Assembly (NCBI GenBank): GCA_964016885.1
Contig: OZ024740.1
Span: 183,024,001 to 183,088,000, forward strand
DNA length: 64,000 bases
Origin: Eledone cirrhosa
Taxonomy: Eukaryota
Direction of reading: 5' to 3'
Shown here: positions 1 through 11,138 of the stretch, piece by piece
Numbering within the stretch: the first letter of the stretch is position 1
Layout: each line of letters opens with the position of its first letter
The notes under the pieces: model-generated
Told to the model about the DNA's origin: nothing
What the model saw: the letters and a program-made list of their open reading frames with translations, nothing else
The model's database searches: none
Translations under genes and position numbers: made by a program

Positions 1-175
1 CGAATATTAATATTTGTTTCATTTACAAATTCATTTACACCTACTGTTTGGTTGGTTTTCGCTTCTGTATCTTTTATATCAGTTAATTTAATTTATTCGG
101 TCCTCAATGTTACCATTGACTGACCAACGGTCAAAAATACAGATATAATATAGACACAAACACATATATATAGTC

Positions 176-220
176 TAACAAAGTTCTTTCGTTGCACATC
201 TGCAACATTGTCAGTGGTGC
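176..220 (-). ncRNA. Degenerate minimal hammerhead ribozyme in PLE pLTR
   Basis: Minus strand: CTGACAA-t-GTTGCA gatg TGCAAC-GAAA-gaac-TT. G8 is mutated and stem I is weak. Confidence 0.55.
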
Positions 221-450
221 TATTATGTTTCCTCCTATTGTATTGTATGCCTACACCATCTTTATTTAATCCGTTTATTTATTTATTTTTGTCTTCTTCT
301 CTGCGCATGAGTTTGCGTGTGTGGATAGTGTTGACGTGTGTTCACGTTTGGGTGACTGTGTTTGGTTATTGTATTCTATCTTAGTTTACTAGTAGGTGTT
401 TATGTGTTTGTTGTTACTGTGCTTGTGTATGTATTTATTTATTTATTTAT

Positions 451-2545
451 TTATACTTCTCTTAGGTCAGTATTGTTTGTTTGGGTGTTGTTGTTATTCC
501 ACTCATTTTTTCTGTTTAGCTTTGCGCTTCTAAGTTCTATTTCGCTGGCCTCTCTGATTTGCCTATCTGCTGGGTCATTTCTATGTTTAGATATTATTCT
601 AATTTCTATGTTGTCTATGTTACCGTCGTGTTGTCTGGCGTGTTCGTATAGTACTGAACCGTTTTTTCGTCCTTTTAGTTCCCCCCAGTATTGGTCTATC
701 CTTTCACCTATGCTACGAGCTGTCTCGTCTATGTATATTGTTGTCATATTTCTGCAAGTACCCTCTGTACATCTTATGCTATAGACTACGTTTCTAGTTT
801 TACAGTTTATCCGGGGGTTTACTTTACATATAATACATTTCCTATTAGTACAGTGGGTTTTCTTAAAAGGGTAGATTTTGCTGATTAGAGATTTTATGGT
901 GGTTCCTGGCTTTTCTACCACCTTAATCTTTAAGTGGGTATATCTCAGGGTCTTTCTACACTGGTTAGCTAATTTCCCTCCAGGGTTAGCGTCAACGAAC
1001 ATGACACTCTGGTATCTCTGGTTGTCGTACCATGAGGTGGCTTTCCCTATCATATGTCTAGTCCCATCTAAGCTATTCCATGATTTGCTCCTGTATAATG
1101 GGAAAATTCCTTTCATGTCCAGTTCTATGAGGGTCTTATACTTATCCGTGGCTCCTTCGTATACTCTGATTCTGTCCCTTTGGTTGTAGCCAGAGAACTG
1201 CATGCGGTTGATGAAGCGTTGGATGTGTCTTTCCATTTCTAGGTAGTCTATTGTTAGGGTGTTTGGAAGGGTAATCGATAGTTACAGTTATACTCTGGTG
1301 TATGGAATTAGCTATCTTCTGAATGCTTTCCATTGTGCTACATTCTAAATCATACTTGTTAGTACTCTCTTGTGGGGATGTCCTTATTGCTATATTGATG
1401 TCATCTACGTAACGAGAGTACATGATGAGGTCTATAGAGCTCTCATCAAGGAGAACTTTGAGTCTCCTTTCCCACCATACCATAAAAAGGTTGGCAACGT
1501 CACCAGCTATGCTGATGCCAATGGCTGCCCCTCATTTTGGGTGTAGATATTCTCGTTGAATTTGAATATGTGGCCCTTTAGGGTAGTTTTAATACTAGCC
1601 CCTATTGCATGTGCGACCATTTTTCTTACCTGATCATTATTTTGGGGGTCCGTATGGCTTTGGTCCACCCAATCCACCTTCCCATGGGAGTCCTTTTAGC
1701 CATTGAGGTTATGGTGGGGGTTCTACCTTTTATGGGTCTACTGGGGCAGAAACGTCTAAGGTCGTGGCTGTCTCGGTAGTCAGTGTCGTAGGTAAGTCTA
1801 AGTAGGAGGCCCATTTCGTCTGTGTCGACGTCGCAGAACTCCACCTCACTCTCAATGATCATCTCCACACATTTTTTCACTGCAAAATCAATATTGATGG
1901 ATGGGTATAGTGACACCACGTCCATACTTCCTATTATGCAGTTGGATAGGTTTTTGTGTTTGTAGCACTCACTGATTCTGCTGAGCAGGTCCTCTCTACT
2001 GTCACATACATCTGGGGACATCTTAATTATTGGCCGTATAACCATTGAGAGGAAGTAGGAGATCCTGTAGTTGCTATCTATATTGGCTCCGCATACAGGT
2101 CCTGTTGGTGGTCCTGTTGTCGGGTCCTCGACTGACTTAGGGTCTTTGCGGAGCCCATACAAGGGTGGTATGCCATTGTTAGACGCCTGGAAGTCGTGTC
2201 TGCTTGGCTTTAGGATGTCGGACCACATCATCATGTGAACGTTGAGGATTTTCTCTCATGTATTTGCTGTACAATTCCGCTCGTGTTTGTGATGCCGGGT
2301 CGCATAGCCTTCGTTTAGTTCAGCATGCTGTCTATTGACATCTTACCAGACTTATCCGTGGGTAGACACTCTACCTCACCATCCCTTGTGCGCTGCTTGA
2401 GGCTAACCAAGCCTTCTACAGCTTTCCTCCCAAGTTGTTCGACCTCCGGTCTGCTTTGTCTCTTAGTATACCGGTCAACTATTTGTCTAATCTTATTTCT
2501 AGCTATGGTGAACTGTGCCTCTGTCTCTTCATCTATTTGTTGTGA
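451..2545 (-). pseudogene. Frameshifted PLE reverse transcriptase plus C-terminal GIY-YIG endonuclease
   Basis: ORF pieces 2315-2593 (PTDKSGK), 1626-2234 (LYGLRKD, GSMDVVSLYPSI), 1142-1483 (YSRYVDD) and 451-1236 (Cys-rich linker, NVVY...YIDETARS...REASEI..LN). Confidence 0.9.
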
Positions 2546-2793
2546 CATAAGAGAAGTATAAATAAATAAATAAATAAATAAATAAATACACAAGCACAGT
2601 AACTATAAACACATATAAACAAACACTAGTAAACTAAGATAAAATACAATAACCAAAACACAGTCATCCAAACACAAAACACATCAAGCACTATACACAC
2701 ACGCAAACGCATGCGCAGAGAAGATAAATAAATAAATAAACGGATTAAATAAAGATGGCGTAGACATACAATACAACAGGAGGAAACATAATA

Positions 2794-2838
2794 GCACCAC
2801 CGACGATGTTGCAGATGTGCAACGAAATAACTTTGTTA
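2794..2838 (+). ncRNA. Degenerate minimal hammerhead ribozyme in inverted pLTR
   Basis: CCGACGA-t-GTTGCA gatg TGCAAC-GAAA-taac-TT. The homologous copy at 21094 has an intact CTGACGA. Confidence 0.55.
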
Positions 2839-3357
2839 GACTATATATATATGTGTTTGTGTCTATATCATATCTGTATTTTTGACCGTTGGTCAGTCAA
2901 TGGTAATATTGAGGACCGAATAAATTGAATTAACTGATATAAAAGATACGGAAGCGAAAGCCAACCAAACAGTGAGTGTGTTCTGTTATTAATTCTGGCC
3001 AATATTATTACACAACTATGACCCTCCTCAAGTATAGGAAGAGCGATAAACCTGTTGATGAACTGAATCCTACGTTCGATCACCAATACCATGAGCTTGC
3101 CTTTCAAGTAAGTCTGATATTGGATTTCGGATTCAAAGAAACACTTTAAACGATTGTTCGTTTGATTTGTCCAGGTGTACTTTTCTCAACCAGATTAGTT
3201 CTATCGTTACTTTGGTATATATTGTGTGTTAGTTTAGCCTACCACAATGTTCGATTGTCAAGCTATTTAAACGTATGTTATTACTCTAAGGCCCTACCTT
3301 ATCGAGTGCTTTGCTAATTACTTGCAAACCGCCAGAGATTTGATTTTACTGATTTCC

Positions 3358-3440
<83 letters not shown>

Positions 3441-3641
3441 GTTTTAATATAGATGAGATTCTACAGGACTAGAACTGTTTCATTCTTTAGAAATCATCAG
3501 GAAGCATGAGATTCCTGATGATTTCTAAAGAATGAAACAGTTCTAGTCCTGTAGAATCTCATCTATATTAAAACTTTTATACTCTGCTATGTATTGAGTA
3601 CCTTACTTACTGTGGTTACCTCCGATTCAACCCGGAATAAC

Positions 3642-3642
<1 letters not shown>
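3441..3642 (+). mobile_element. Short HHR-bearing PLE-type 3' end with fold-back, between (TA)n arrays
   Basis: Perfect 63-bp inverted repeat 3441-3503/3512-3574, followed by a tail containing ACTCTGCT..GTATTGAGTAC and then (TA)n. Confidence 0.75.
3506..3562 (+). ncRNA. Type I hammerhead ribozyme (GUA site)
   Basis: Stem I ATGAGATTC/GAATCTCAT; CTGATGA; short stem II TTC taaa GAA with a U.U pair at its base; GAA; stem III ACAG/CTGT; A17 at 3553. Confidence 0.8.
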
Positions 3643-3707
<65 letters not shown>

Positions 3708-3994
3708 TATATATATGTAATAATCATAATAATAATAATAATAATAATAGTAATAATAATAAATTTGAAGACTAAAATCCAAAGAGGGCTCGATAACGAT
3801 AAATTTATATCAAATATATAAGAACCCTATAGCAAATATTTATTAAAATAACAGATTAAAGTTTAATTAAAGAATCGCTGCTTTCAATCTTAACGGAATC
3901 TTCTGAAACTAAAAAAAAATCAATCTGTGAAAGCCGAATAAAATATTTCGAAAACTTTGCAACCAAAGGAAAACAGGAAGACGATAATTTGGTT

Positions 3995-4274
3995 CGTGGA
4001 GATATTCCCTGGCAATGAACAGAAAAACAGCGAAGATAATACATCATTATTTGCAGAGGTGAGAACAATTACACGCAAAGACAAAACCATGTTTATGGTA
4101 TAAATGAAGCCGTAGACTAATATTCTATTTAAGTTTTCCGTGGAGACGTTCCTTGGCAATGAACAGAAAAAAGCGAAGGTAATACATCATTATGTGGAGT
4201 GATGAGAACAATTACACGCAAAGACAAAACCACGTATATGGTATAAATGAAGTCGTAGACTAAAATTCTATTTA
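3995..4274. repeat. Diverged tandem duplication, about 144-bp period, 2 copies
   Basis: cgtggaga...ggcaatgaacagaaaaa...gtagactaa..ttctattta starts at both 3995 and 4139. Confidence 0.9.
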
Positions 4275-4307
4275 GGAAACCGAATGATTCACGGCTTCAG
4301 AGTTTAA

Positions 4308-4488
4308 AATAATTGTTTCTACTTTAGCCACAAGGCCACCAATTACCCAGTACATTACTGGTACTTTATTTTATCGACCTCGTAAGGATGAAAGGCAAAG
4401 TTAACCTCGGCGGGATTTGAACACAGCCTGTAAAGGGACGTAACTATGCTAGAAAGCATGGCGTCCAACCCTCTACCGATACTGCCAG
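4308..4488 (-). mobile_element. tRNA-derived SINE (octopus OK-like)
   Basis: Reverse complement of the 5012, 49743 and 63245 copies; B box GTTCAAATCCC followed by GAGGTTAACTTTGCCTTTCATCC...AAAGTACCAGT. Confidence 0.85.
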
Positions 4489-5011
4489 AAAATAATGTAA
4501 GTAAATTACAGAGGGTATTGAAATCAACAATAATTAAAAATATACAAGCACGCATCCATATACGTACATAGACATTCATACGCGAAAACACCCATCATGG
4601 GTATGCAAATACAAGCACGTACACAAAAACAGGCGCATAGTTACAAAATCCCGCCAAACACCTGTACCCGCACACATACGAACGTATACACCAAATACAC
4701 ATACAAATATATATAAAAAAATATATATATGTGTGTGCACGCGCGCACGGCCCACACCTATCCACAAGCAACGCGACCTGCATCATGCGCAGGCTCCTAC
4801 CCAGTGCGTTAGCCCAACAGCCCCCATGTATATCATATAAACATTTGCACCACAGCCCACAACTACTGTATGAAACTTTAAGCACACCTCGATAATGCCT
4901 GGTCCCCTTCTGCATCCTTGTCATGTATGCATTCTCTTTTTCCAGCATTTTATTTTATTGTATTTTATCTTTTATTTCATTATTGTATAGTATTTCATTA
5001 TTTTGTGTTAT

Positions 5012-5205
5012 GTGCGGTGGATTAGCAGTATCAGTAGAGGGTAGGACGCTATGCTTTGACGCACAGAGTTACGGCCCTTGCTATTCTGAGTTCGAATCCC
5101 GCCGAGGTTAACTTTGCCTTTCATCCTTACGGGATCGATAAAATAAAGTACCAGTAATGCACTGGGTATGTGCTGGCCTTGTGCCAAAAAGTAGAAACAA
5201 TTATT
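5012..5205 (+). mobile_element. tRNA-derived SINE (octopus OK-like)
   Basis: A-box-like TAGCAGTATCAGTAGAG, B box GAGTTCGAATCCC, conserved core and AT-rich tail. Confidence 0.85.
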
Positions 5206-6158
5206 TTATGTTATGGGCATACAGGTTTTTTTTTATATATGTGCCACCCACGCTATATGCGATTAGTGCAGGGATATTGTGCTGCCGTAACATGTAGGCA
5301 TATTGTGCAGACACCTTCAGACTCACACCGCCACATGATCAGGCTGGGTCAAGGCCTCAAATGCGTTGTCTCATACAATACTGTGTGTACCATCTGCGCA
5401 TGGGTGGGCACTCATCAAGTATATACATCCGGTGTTGAGCCCGCGGTATGTATGCATGCCCACACAGACATGATTGAGCACGGGTCTGTGCATGCATCGG
5501 TCGATGTATTTATCTGAGCATGTATGCGTGGGGGTACGGATGACTTTACATGAATTTTTCTTTTCCCATCTGCCTATATATGTGCGGCATCTCGGCTACG
5601 CACGCTACCCTGAGTCTAGTGTGTGAGTGTAGAATTGGGTCTATTTGTTGAAAGCACCTTTGATATAGCCCTCCGTTTGAATGGCTGTTGATAGCTTCCT
5701 TTGAAAAACGTTTTTTAAAAAACGTTCTTGCTACAGGTACTTTCTTTCTCTTTTCCTTTTGAAATATGTATGGCGGAGTGTATCCTAAGGCTGTGTCCTA
5801 CTAATGTTACGCTAAATATCCCCAGGATTTTTTTTTTAATTCCCACTAAACAATATTTATGATGAATGCCGCATACAGCGTAATTGCGGGTGTGTACCTG
5901 GCCGTTGTAGACTAAGGCGCCTAGGGGCAATGAAGACGTCGAAGTGATGCCAGCCGTTCAAGATTAAACCCCTCTCCCACCACAGTAGTAATTCTGATAC
6001 ATGAAGATATTTTGATTGACAGGTGGAGAACGAGAGGAAGCAAGAAGTGGGCAACCATGAGTGGCTAGAAATACCGATGACGTGTACAATTCTTGACCAC
6101 TCATTGAATGACAACAGGATCTAAATCAACAAACGAAGAAATTCGATGTTAAAGGATT

Positions 6159-8285
6159 TGTAGCAAGAGTTGCCTCCCTTGTTATGACAATCACATAACC
6201 GCTCTCTGGACAGGAAGTAGCTCTGGAGTTACTTCCCGTTGAGGTGGCAGAGCTTTCTTTGTCACTTCCGTCCAGGGACCGCTATAAAGGAGAGAACTTT
6301 CAGCTCTCTCACTCTCTTCTAACCTGCCTGGCCATTCGGCCAGGCGTCGTCGGCCAGGCGCGTTCGCCGAGGCTATATTCTCTGGCAACCTGAACAATGG
6401 TAATGTAAAGACCACTTGGTCTCTTGCAAGATGACTTCAAAACGGTATTACAAATAACTTTAATTCGTTCTTTCATCTAATCTTGGCATGTCAACTATTC
6501 TGCTCTACATAACTCAACCTTGTTAAATAAACATTGTACATACGAACCGAGTGTCTTGTTATATTCGCACAACCCAGTGTCGCTGTTATAAGTGGTGACC
6601 CCGAGAAAAAATAATAGGATCTGGTGTTGTGTAAATGTGAAAAAAAAAAAAAAAAATTAATTAGCAGTATTTCAAAAAAGAAAAAATTCTTCTAACAATA
6701 TTCCACATGGATTTTGTCTAAAAAAATAGAAGTAATCTTTTTCTCAGCAGCAAACAAACAAGAAAAAATTTCGCTTTTCACCTCACGTGTTTACATCGTT
6801 TAAATGTCGCTACTTTTTAATCACTTTAAAAAAAATAAAAATGGAACTCTCGCCATATACAAAGCCTTTTCTTCTTTTTCATCATATTATCACGTTCACA
6901 CACAAATTTTTCAAAATGGCTGCCAACGACCTGTTGCACTATCATTTTCGCGCAATAGAAATATTTTTTTTTCAACTTGACTTTAACCTTGTTTCGGCAC
7001 GTATGGGGAGCAAACATCTCACTGAGTTAATACACGCCATAGATAATGTTTTTTGACAAGGATTCTCCAGCCTTAAGCTATATTCCCCTATTTGCCGGTT
7101 TAAAAATTTTCCACGTAAATTTGCCGTTGAAAACTGCGCATTTATTCAGAATGCTTATTTCTTTGGTCGCTGGCCTCTTGACCCTTCCAGGTCAACGCTT
7201 TCTCAACATCGACTATCAACTTTGGCTGTTATTTCTAGCAACTCATTTCTTCTGTGAACATTTTTACTGTGAACGGAAACAACATTGAATAGGCTCACTC
7301 CGCGAGACAACAACTCATTTTTTCTGGGAAATGTTTTACTGTGATTTGAAACAACTTTGAAAGAGTTATCTCACTCCGCGAGACAACAACATCAAAGCAA
7401 CATCAACAACCAAAACCAGCAGAACAAAACAGAGAATTTATTTTTGCAGCACTCTTCCTGTGAGAAAATCCCTTCGGAGGTTGGGAATTTCACGTTGTAC
7501 CACAGTCCAGAAACCACCTGCATACATTCTCTGGAACACACTTTCTTTCCCGCTGTCACCTGTGAACTGTATTTTGAACATTTGAACCTTTTTTTAATAA
7601 CTATGTTCGAGCACGTTTCTTTGCTCCTTTGACCTCTTCTTTTAGTTTGATTACATTTTATCTTTGAGTGATAGATAGGTAGATTTCCAGCGATTGGCTA
7701 CCTTGATATCTATCATTGATTTTTGCATGCTTATATTTTGCTGTTTTCCTTTTATTGCAAATACTATTTTTTGTAATTCTCATGCCTGGACTTTGGTGTT
7801 ACATGCTCACCATCTTACTCCATACATGGTTCATTCGATTTTTATGTTTTAACAATCTGGCGGGGGATAATGTAGCAAGGGTTGCCCCCTTGTTATGACA
7901 ATCACATCACCGCACTCTAGACAAGAAGTAGCTGGAGTTACTTCTCGTTGAGGTGGCAGAGCCTTCTTTGTCACTTCCGTCCAGGGACCCCTATAAAGAA
8001 GAGAACTTTCAGCTCTCTCACTCTCTTCTAACCTGCCTGGCCCTTAGGCCAGGCGTGTTCGCCGAGGCTATATTCTCTGGCAACCTGAACAATGGTAATG
8101 TAAAGACCACTTGGTCTCTTGCGAGATGACTTCAAAACGGTAATACAAATAACTTTAATTCGTTCTTTCATCTAATCTTGGCATGTCAACTATTCTGCTC
8201 TACATAACTCAACCTTGTTAAATAAACATTGTACATACGAACCGAGTGTCTTGTTATATTCGCACAACCCAGTGTCGCTGTTATA
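6159..8285 (+). mobile_element. Non-autonomous LTR retrotransposon (Gypsy-like, CsRn1-type signals)
   Basis: LTRs at 6159-6590 and 7871-8285 (TGTAGCA...TGTTATA); TSD GATT at 6155-6158 and 8286-8289; PBS at 6593; PPT GGCGGGGGATAA before 7871; 1.28-kb interior with no recognisable gag/pol. Confidence 0.92.
6593..6604 (+). promoter_or_regulatory. Primer-binding site complementary to the tRNA-Trp 3' end
   Basis: TGGTGACCCCGA, 2 nt after the 5' LTR. Confidence 0.85.
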
Positions 8286-8316
8286 GATTCTAGGAAAATC
8301 TGCTTCGTTGAATCGA

Positions 8317-8412
8317 GACGTATCTGATGACCGTGTTGATTTCAGAGTCAGGTCTAATCACCATATCGATCGTGCTTCGAACTGGTCGCCCGAGAAACAT
8401 TTGTAATATGTC
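8317..8412 (+). ncRNA. Type I hammerhead ribozyme with expanded, branched stem II
   Basis: Stem I GACGTAT/ATATGTC; CTGATGA at 8324; GAAA at 8394; near-palindromic stem III ACATTTGT; A17 at 8405. Tail with ACTCTGCT..GCATTGAGTGC leads to (TA)n at about 8541. Confidence 0.7.
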
Positions 8413-8854
8413 CAATAACTTCCTTTCGTCGCAACACTGATTCATTTTTTTCTGTGATATTCTTACTCTGCTCTACGAGAGCATTGAGTGCTCATAACGG
8501 CCTACCTCATACGGACGCTTTAAGCATCCGACACCAATTGCATATATATATACACACACATATATATATATATATATATTTAAAATATATAAATATATAT
8601 ATATATATATATTTAATATATATATATATATTTAATATATACATATATATATTTAATATATATAAATATATATATTTAATATATATAAATATATATATAC
8701 ATACATAAATATATATATATATACATATATATATATTATATACATACATAAATATATAAATATATATATATATACACATATACATATATACATATATACA
8801 TATACATATATAGATATATATATATACACATATATACATATATACATATATATC

Positions 8855-9157
8855 GGACCGTGACCTCTGGCATCACACAGTAGTACAGAACACCCGACGT
8901 CCCACGGGTACAAGCCTAAGCTGAAGAATATACTTAATATGCCCCAAACCCGTCCCACGACAAAAAAGCATCCAACCCACACTGTAAAAGAGGTTGGTGT
9001 TAGGAAGGGAATCCAAATGTAAAATGCTAGCCAGAATCAGTTCCCATATGAGCAAGACAAGATCAGGCGACCGGGCACTGCCCACAACAGGACAAGCCAT
9101 CTAACCCATGCTAGCATGGAAGAATGGACATAAAACGGTCATGATGATGATGATGAT
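8855..9157 (+). mobile_element. RTE LINE 3' end fragment
   Basis: GGTTGGTGTTAGGAAGGG...AACCCATGCTAGCATGGAA...(GAT)n tail shared with the 21676-25413 family. Confidence 0.85.
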
Positions 9158-9287
9158 ATATATATATTTAAGTAGAAGGGGGTATATAATTTGTTGGAAA
9201 TCCGACAGTCTTCTTGTACCCTTCAAATATATATAATAAAATAAATATGGTTTTATAAATATAGTTTCCATTTATTTTAAATCATTG

Positions 9288-9318
<31 letters not shown>

Positions 9319-9319
9319 A

Positions 9320-9362
<43 letters not shown>

Positions 9363-9367
<5 letters not shown>

Positions 9368-10106
9368 ATATTGAGAAACACACAGATACATGCGGACACA
9401 CACATATACATGAATATATCCACATCCATCCTTGAGTTAATGGTGCCAACCTTAACCGATGTTGCTCTATGAATAACTGGGACAAACCAATCCGAATAGA
9501 TTAGACTGAACCAGTATCAGAGCTAAAAGTACATTATGAAGAGAGAAGAAACATTTAGATATAATTAGTAATAAGATGTATCATACCTAAACTGCTTCTA
9601 GATTCCTCGACTACGTAGTTTCGTGGCATAATCAAAACCAATACATCATAGAGATATAGAGCTTTTGCGAGGTCTGCCGACGTATCAAGGGGATACCTCG
9701 TTTTACTAGCCTCAAGAACATGTCTATATGATGTGAGATAGAATCCCAAAAGGCGGAGGAGGAGTCAGTCACCTGATACAACGGCCAAGAAACAGAGCTA
9801 AGCCCCTTATAACTCCGAAAAAATACCACGGAGGCGGAGGGGGTATTTATATCGAAGCCGTAGAAGAGGTGGTTAAGGGGACGAGAAGTATGAGTAATGG
9901 CAGCTTTTCCAGCAGTCACTACACTTCAAAGATTACTCGACAAGAGGGAGTTATAAACAATATATTGAGAAACACATAGATACATGCGGACACACACATA
10001 TACATGAATATATCCACATCCATCCTTGAGTTAATGGTGCCAACCTTAACCGATGTTGCTCTATGAATAACTGGGATAAAACAATCCGAATGGATTAGAC
10101 TGAACC
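9363..10106 (-). mobile_element. Retrozyme-like non-coding unit, 594-nt period, about 1.25 copies
   Basis: Direct repeats 9363-9512 and 9957-10106. Minus strand carries GAA-ACTACGTAGT-C-gaggaatc (HHR 3' half, 9601-9622) and a TTGTCGAG motif at 9936-9943; 3' end in (TA)n. Confidence 0.65.
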
Positions 10107-10686
10107 GACTAAACTGGCAACCCTACCAGGGTTTCTTGGTGAGGAGGATGACTTTGGACATCCTGCAGGACTAAAAACAAAACCTGTCAAAGGGCAAATA
10201 AGCTCTTAAGAGTCAATGGCCATCCAAAATCACCGGGAGAGATGACCCCTTAGCCTTTGTCAAGGCAGAAGTCTAGGAGAAGGAAAACTCTGATATAACA
10301 CCTGCAAACCTGATGGTATCCAATGATGTTGACTTGTTCTTCGTTTTGGTAAATATCATCTTGGTTAAGAGAGTGGGACTGGCTTTGTGCACTGCCTTTG
10401 CTCACTATAAAAGCTTCACGGCACAGGCATTGCTTTATATCTGGAGATCTCTCTGCAAATGTCGTCACATGGTACCATAGACCCAGCACTATGTGTCAAT
10501 AATTGTGACAAGTGTAGTGTTTGTACCAGAGTTTTCAAGTCGCTGGCTGGACTAAAAAGTCACACTCGTTCAGCTCTTCGGTAGGGGTTCTCCTTCATGG
10601 ATATAAAGTAGTGGACGTACTCGAAAACGAGTTGGCAGCCACCATATATGTATATATATTTATATATATATGTATATATATATATG

Positions 10687-10719
<33 letters not shown>

Positions 10720-10965
10720 GTATATATGTATATAAAAGCTTCACGGCACAGGCATTGCTTTATATCTGGAGATCTCTCTGCTCTTGTCACATGTTACCAT
10801 AGGCCCAGCACTATGTGTAAATAATTGTCACAAATGTAGTGTTAGTACCAGAGTTTTCAAGTCGCTGGCTGGACTAAAAAGTCACACTCGTTCAGCGCAT
10901 CGGTAGGAGTTCTCCTACATGGATATAAAGTAGTGGCCGTACTCGAAAACGAGTTGGCAGCCACC
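10106..10965 (+). mobile_element. Non-autonomous RTE derivative (5'UTR plus zinc-finger/3' tail) with a tandem partial second copy at 10733-10965
   Basis: Homologous to the 15340-15560 5'UTR. Encodes [20 protein letters not shown] like the 18950-19020 finger; tail GTACTCGAAAACGAGTTGGCAGCCACC(AT)n. Confidence 0.8.
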
Positions 10966-11084
10966 ATATATGTATGTATGTATATATATAAGTATATATA
11001 TATATGTATGTATGTATTTATATATGTATATATATATATATATTTATGTATGTATGTATATATATATATGTATGTATGTATATA

Positions 11085-11136
<52 letters not shown>

Positions 11137-11138
<2 letters not shown>

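Larger units (their letters stand above)
43..3360 (-). mobile_element. Penelope-like element (PLE), 5'-truncated, with an inverted copy of its pseudo-LTR at the 5' end
   Basis: Minus-strand RT and GIY-YIG fragments at 451-2545. 43-467 is the reverse complement of 2544-2973. HHR-like core in both repeats; right end runs into (TA)n. Confidence 0.9.
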
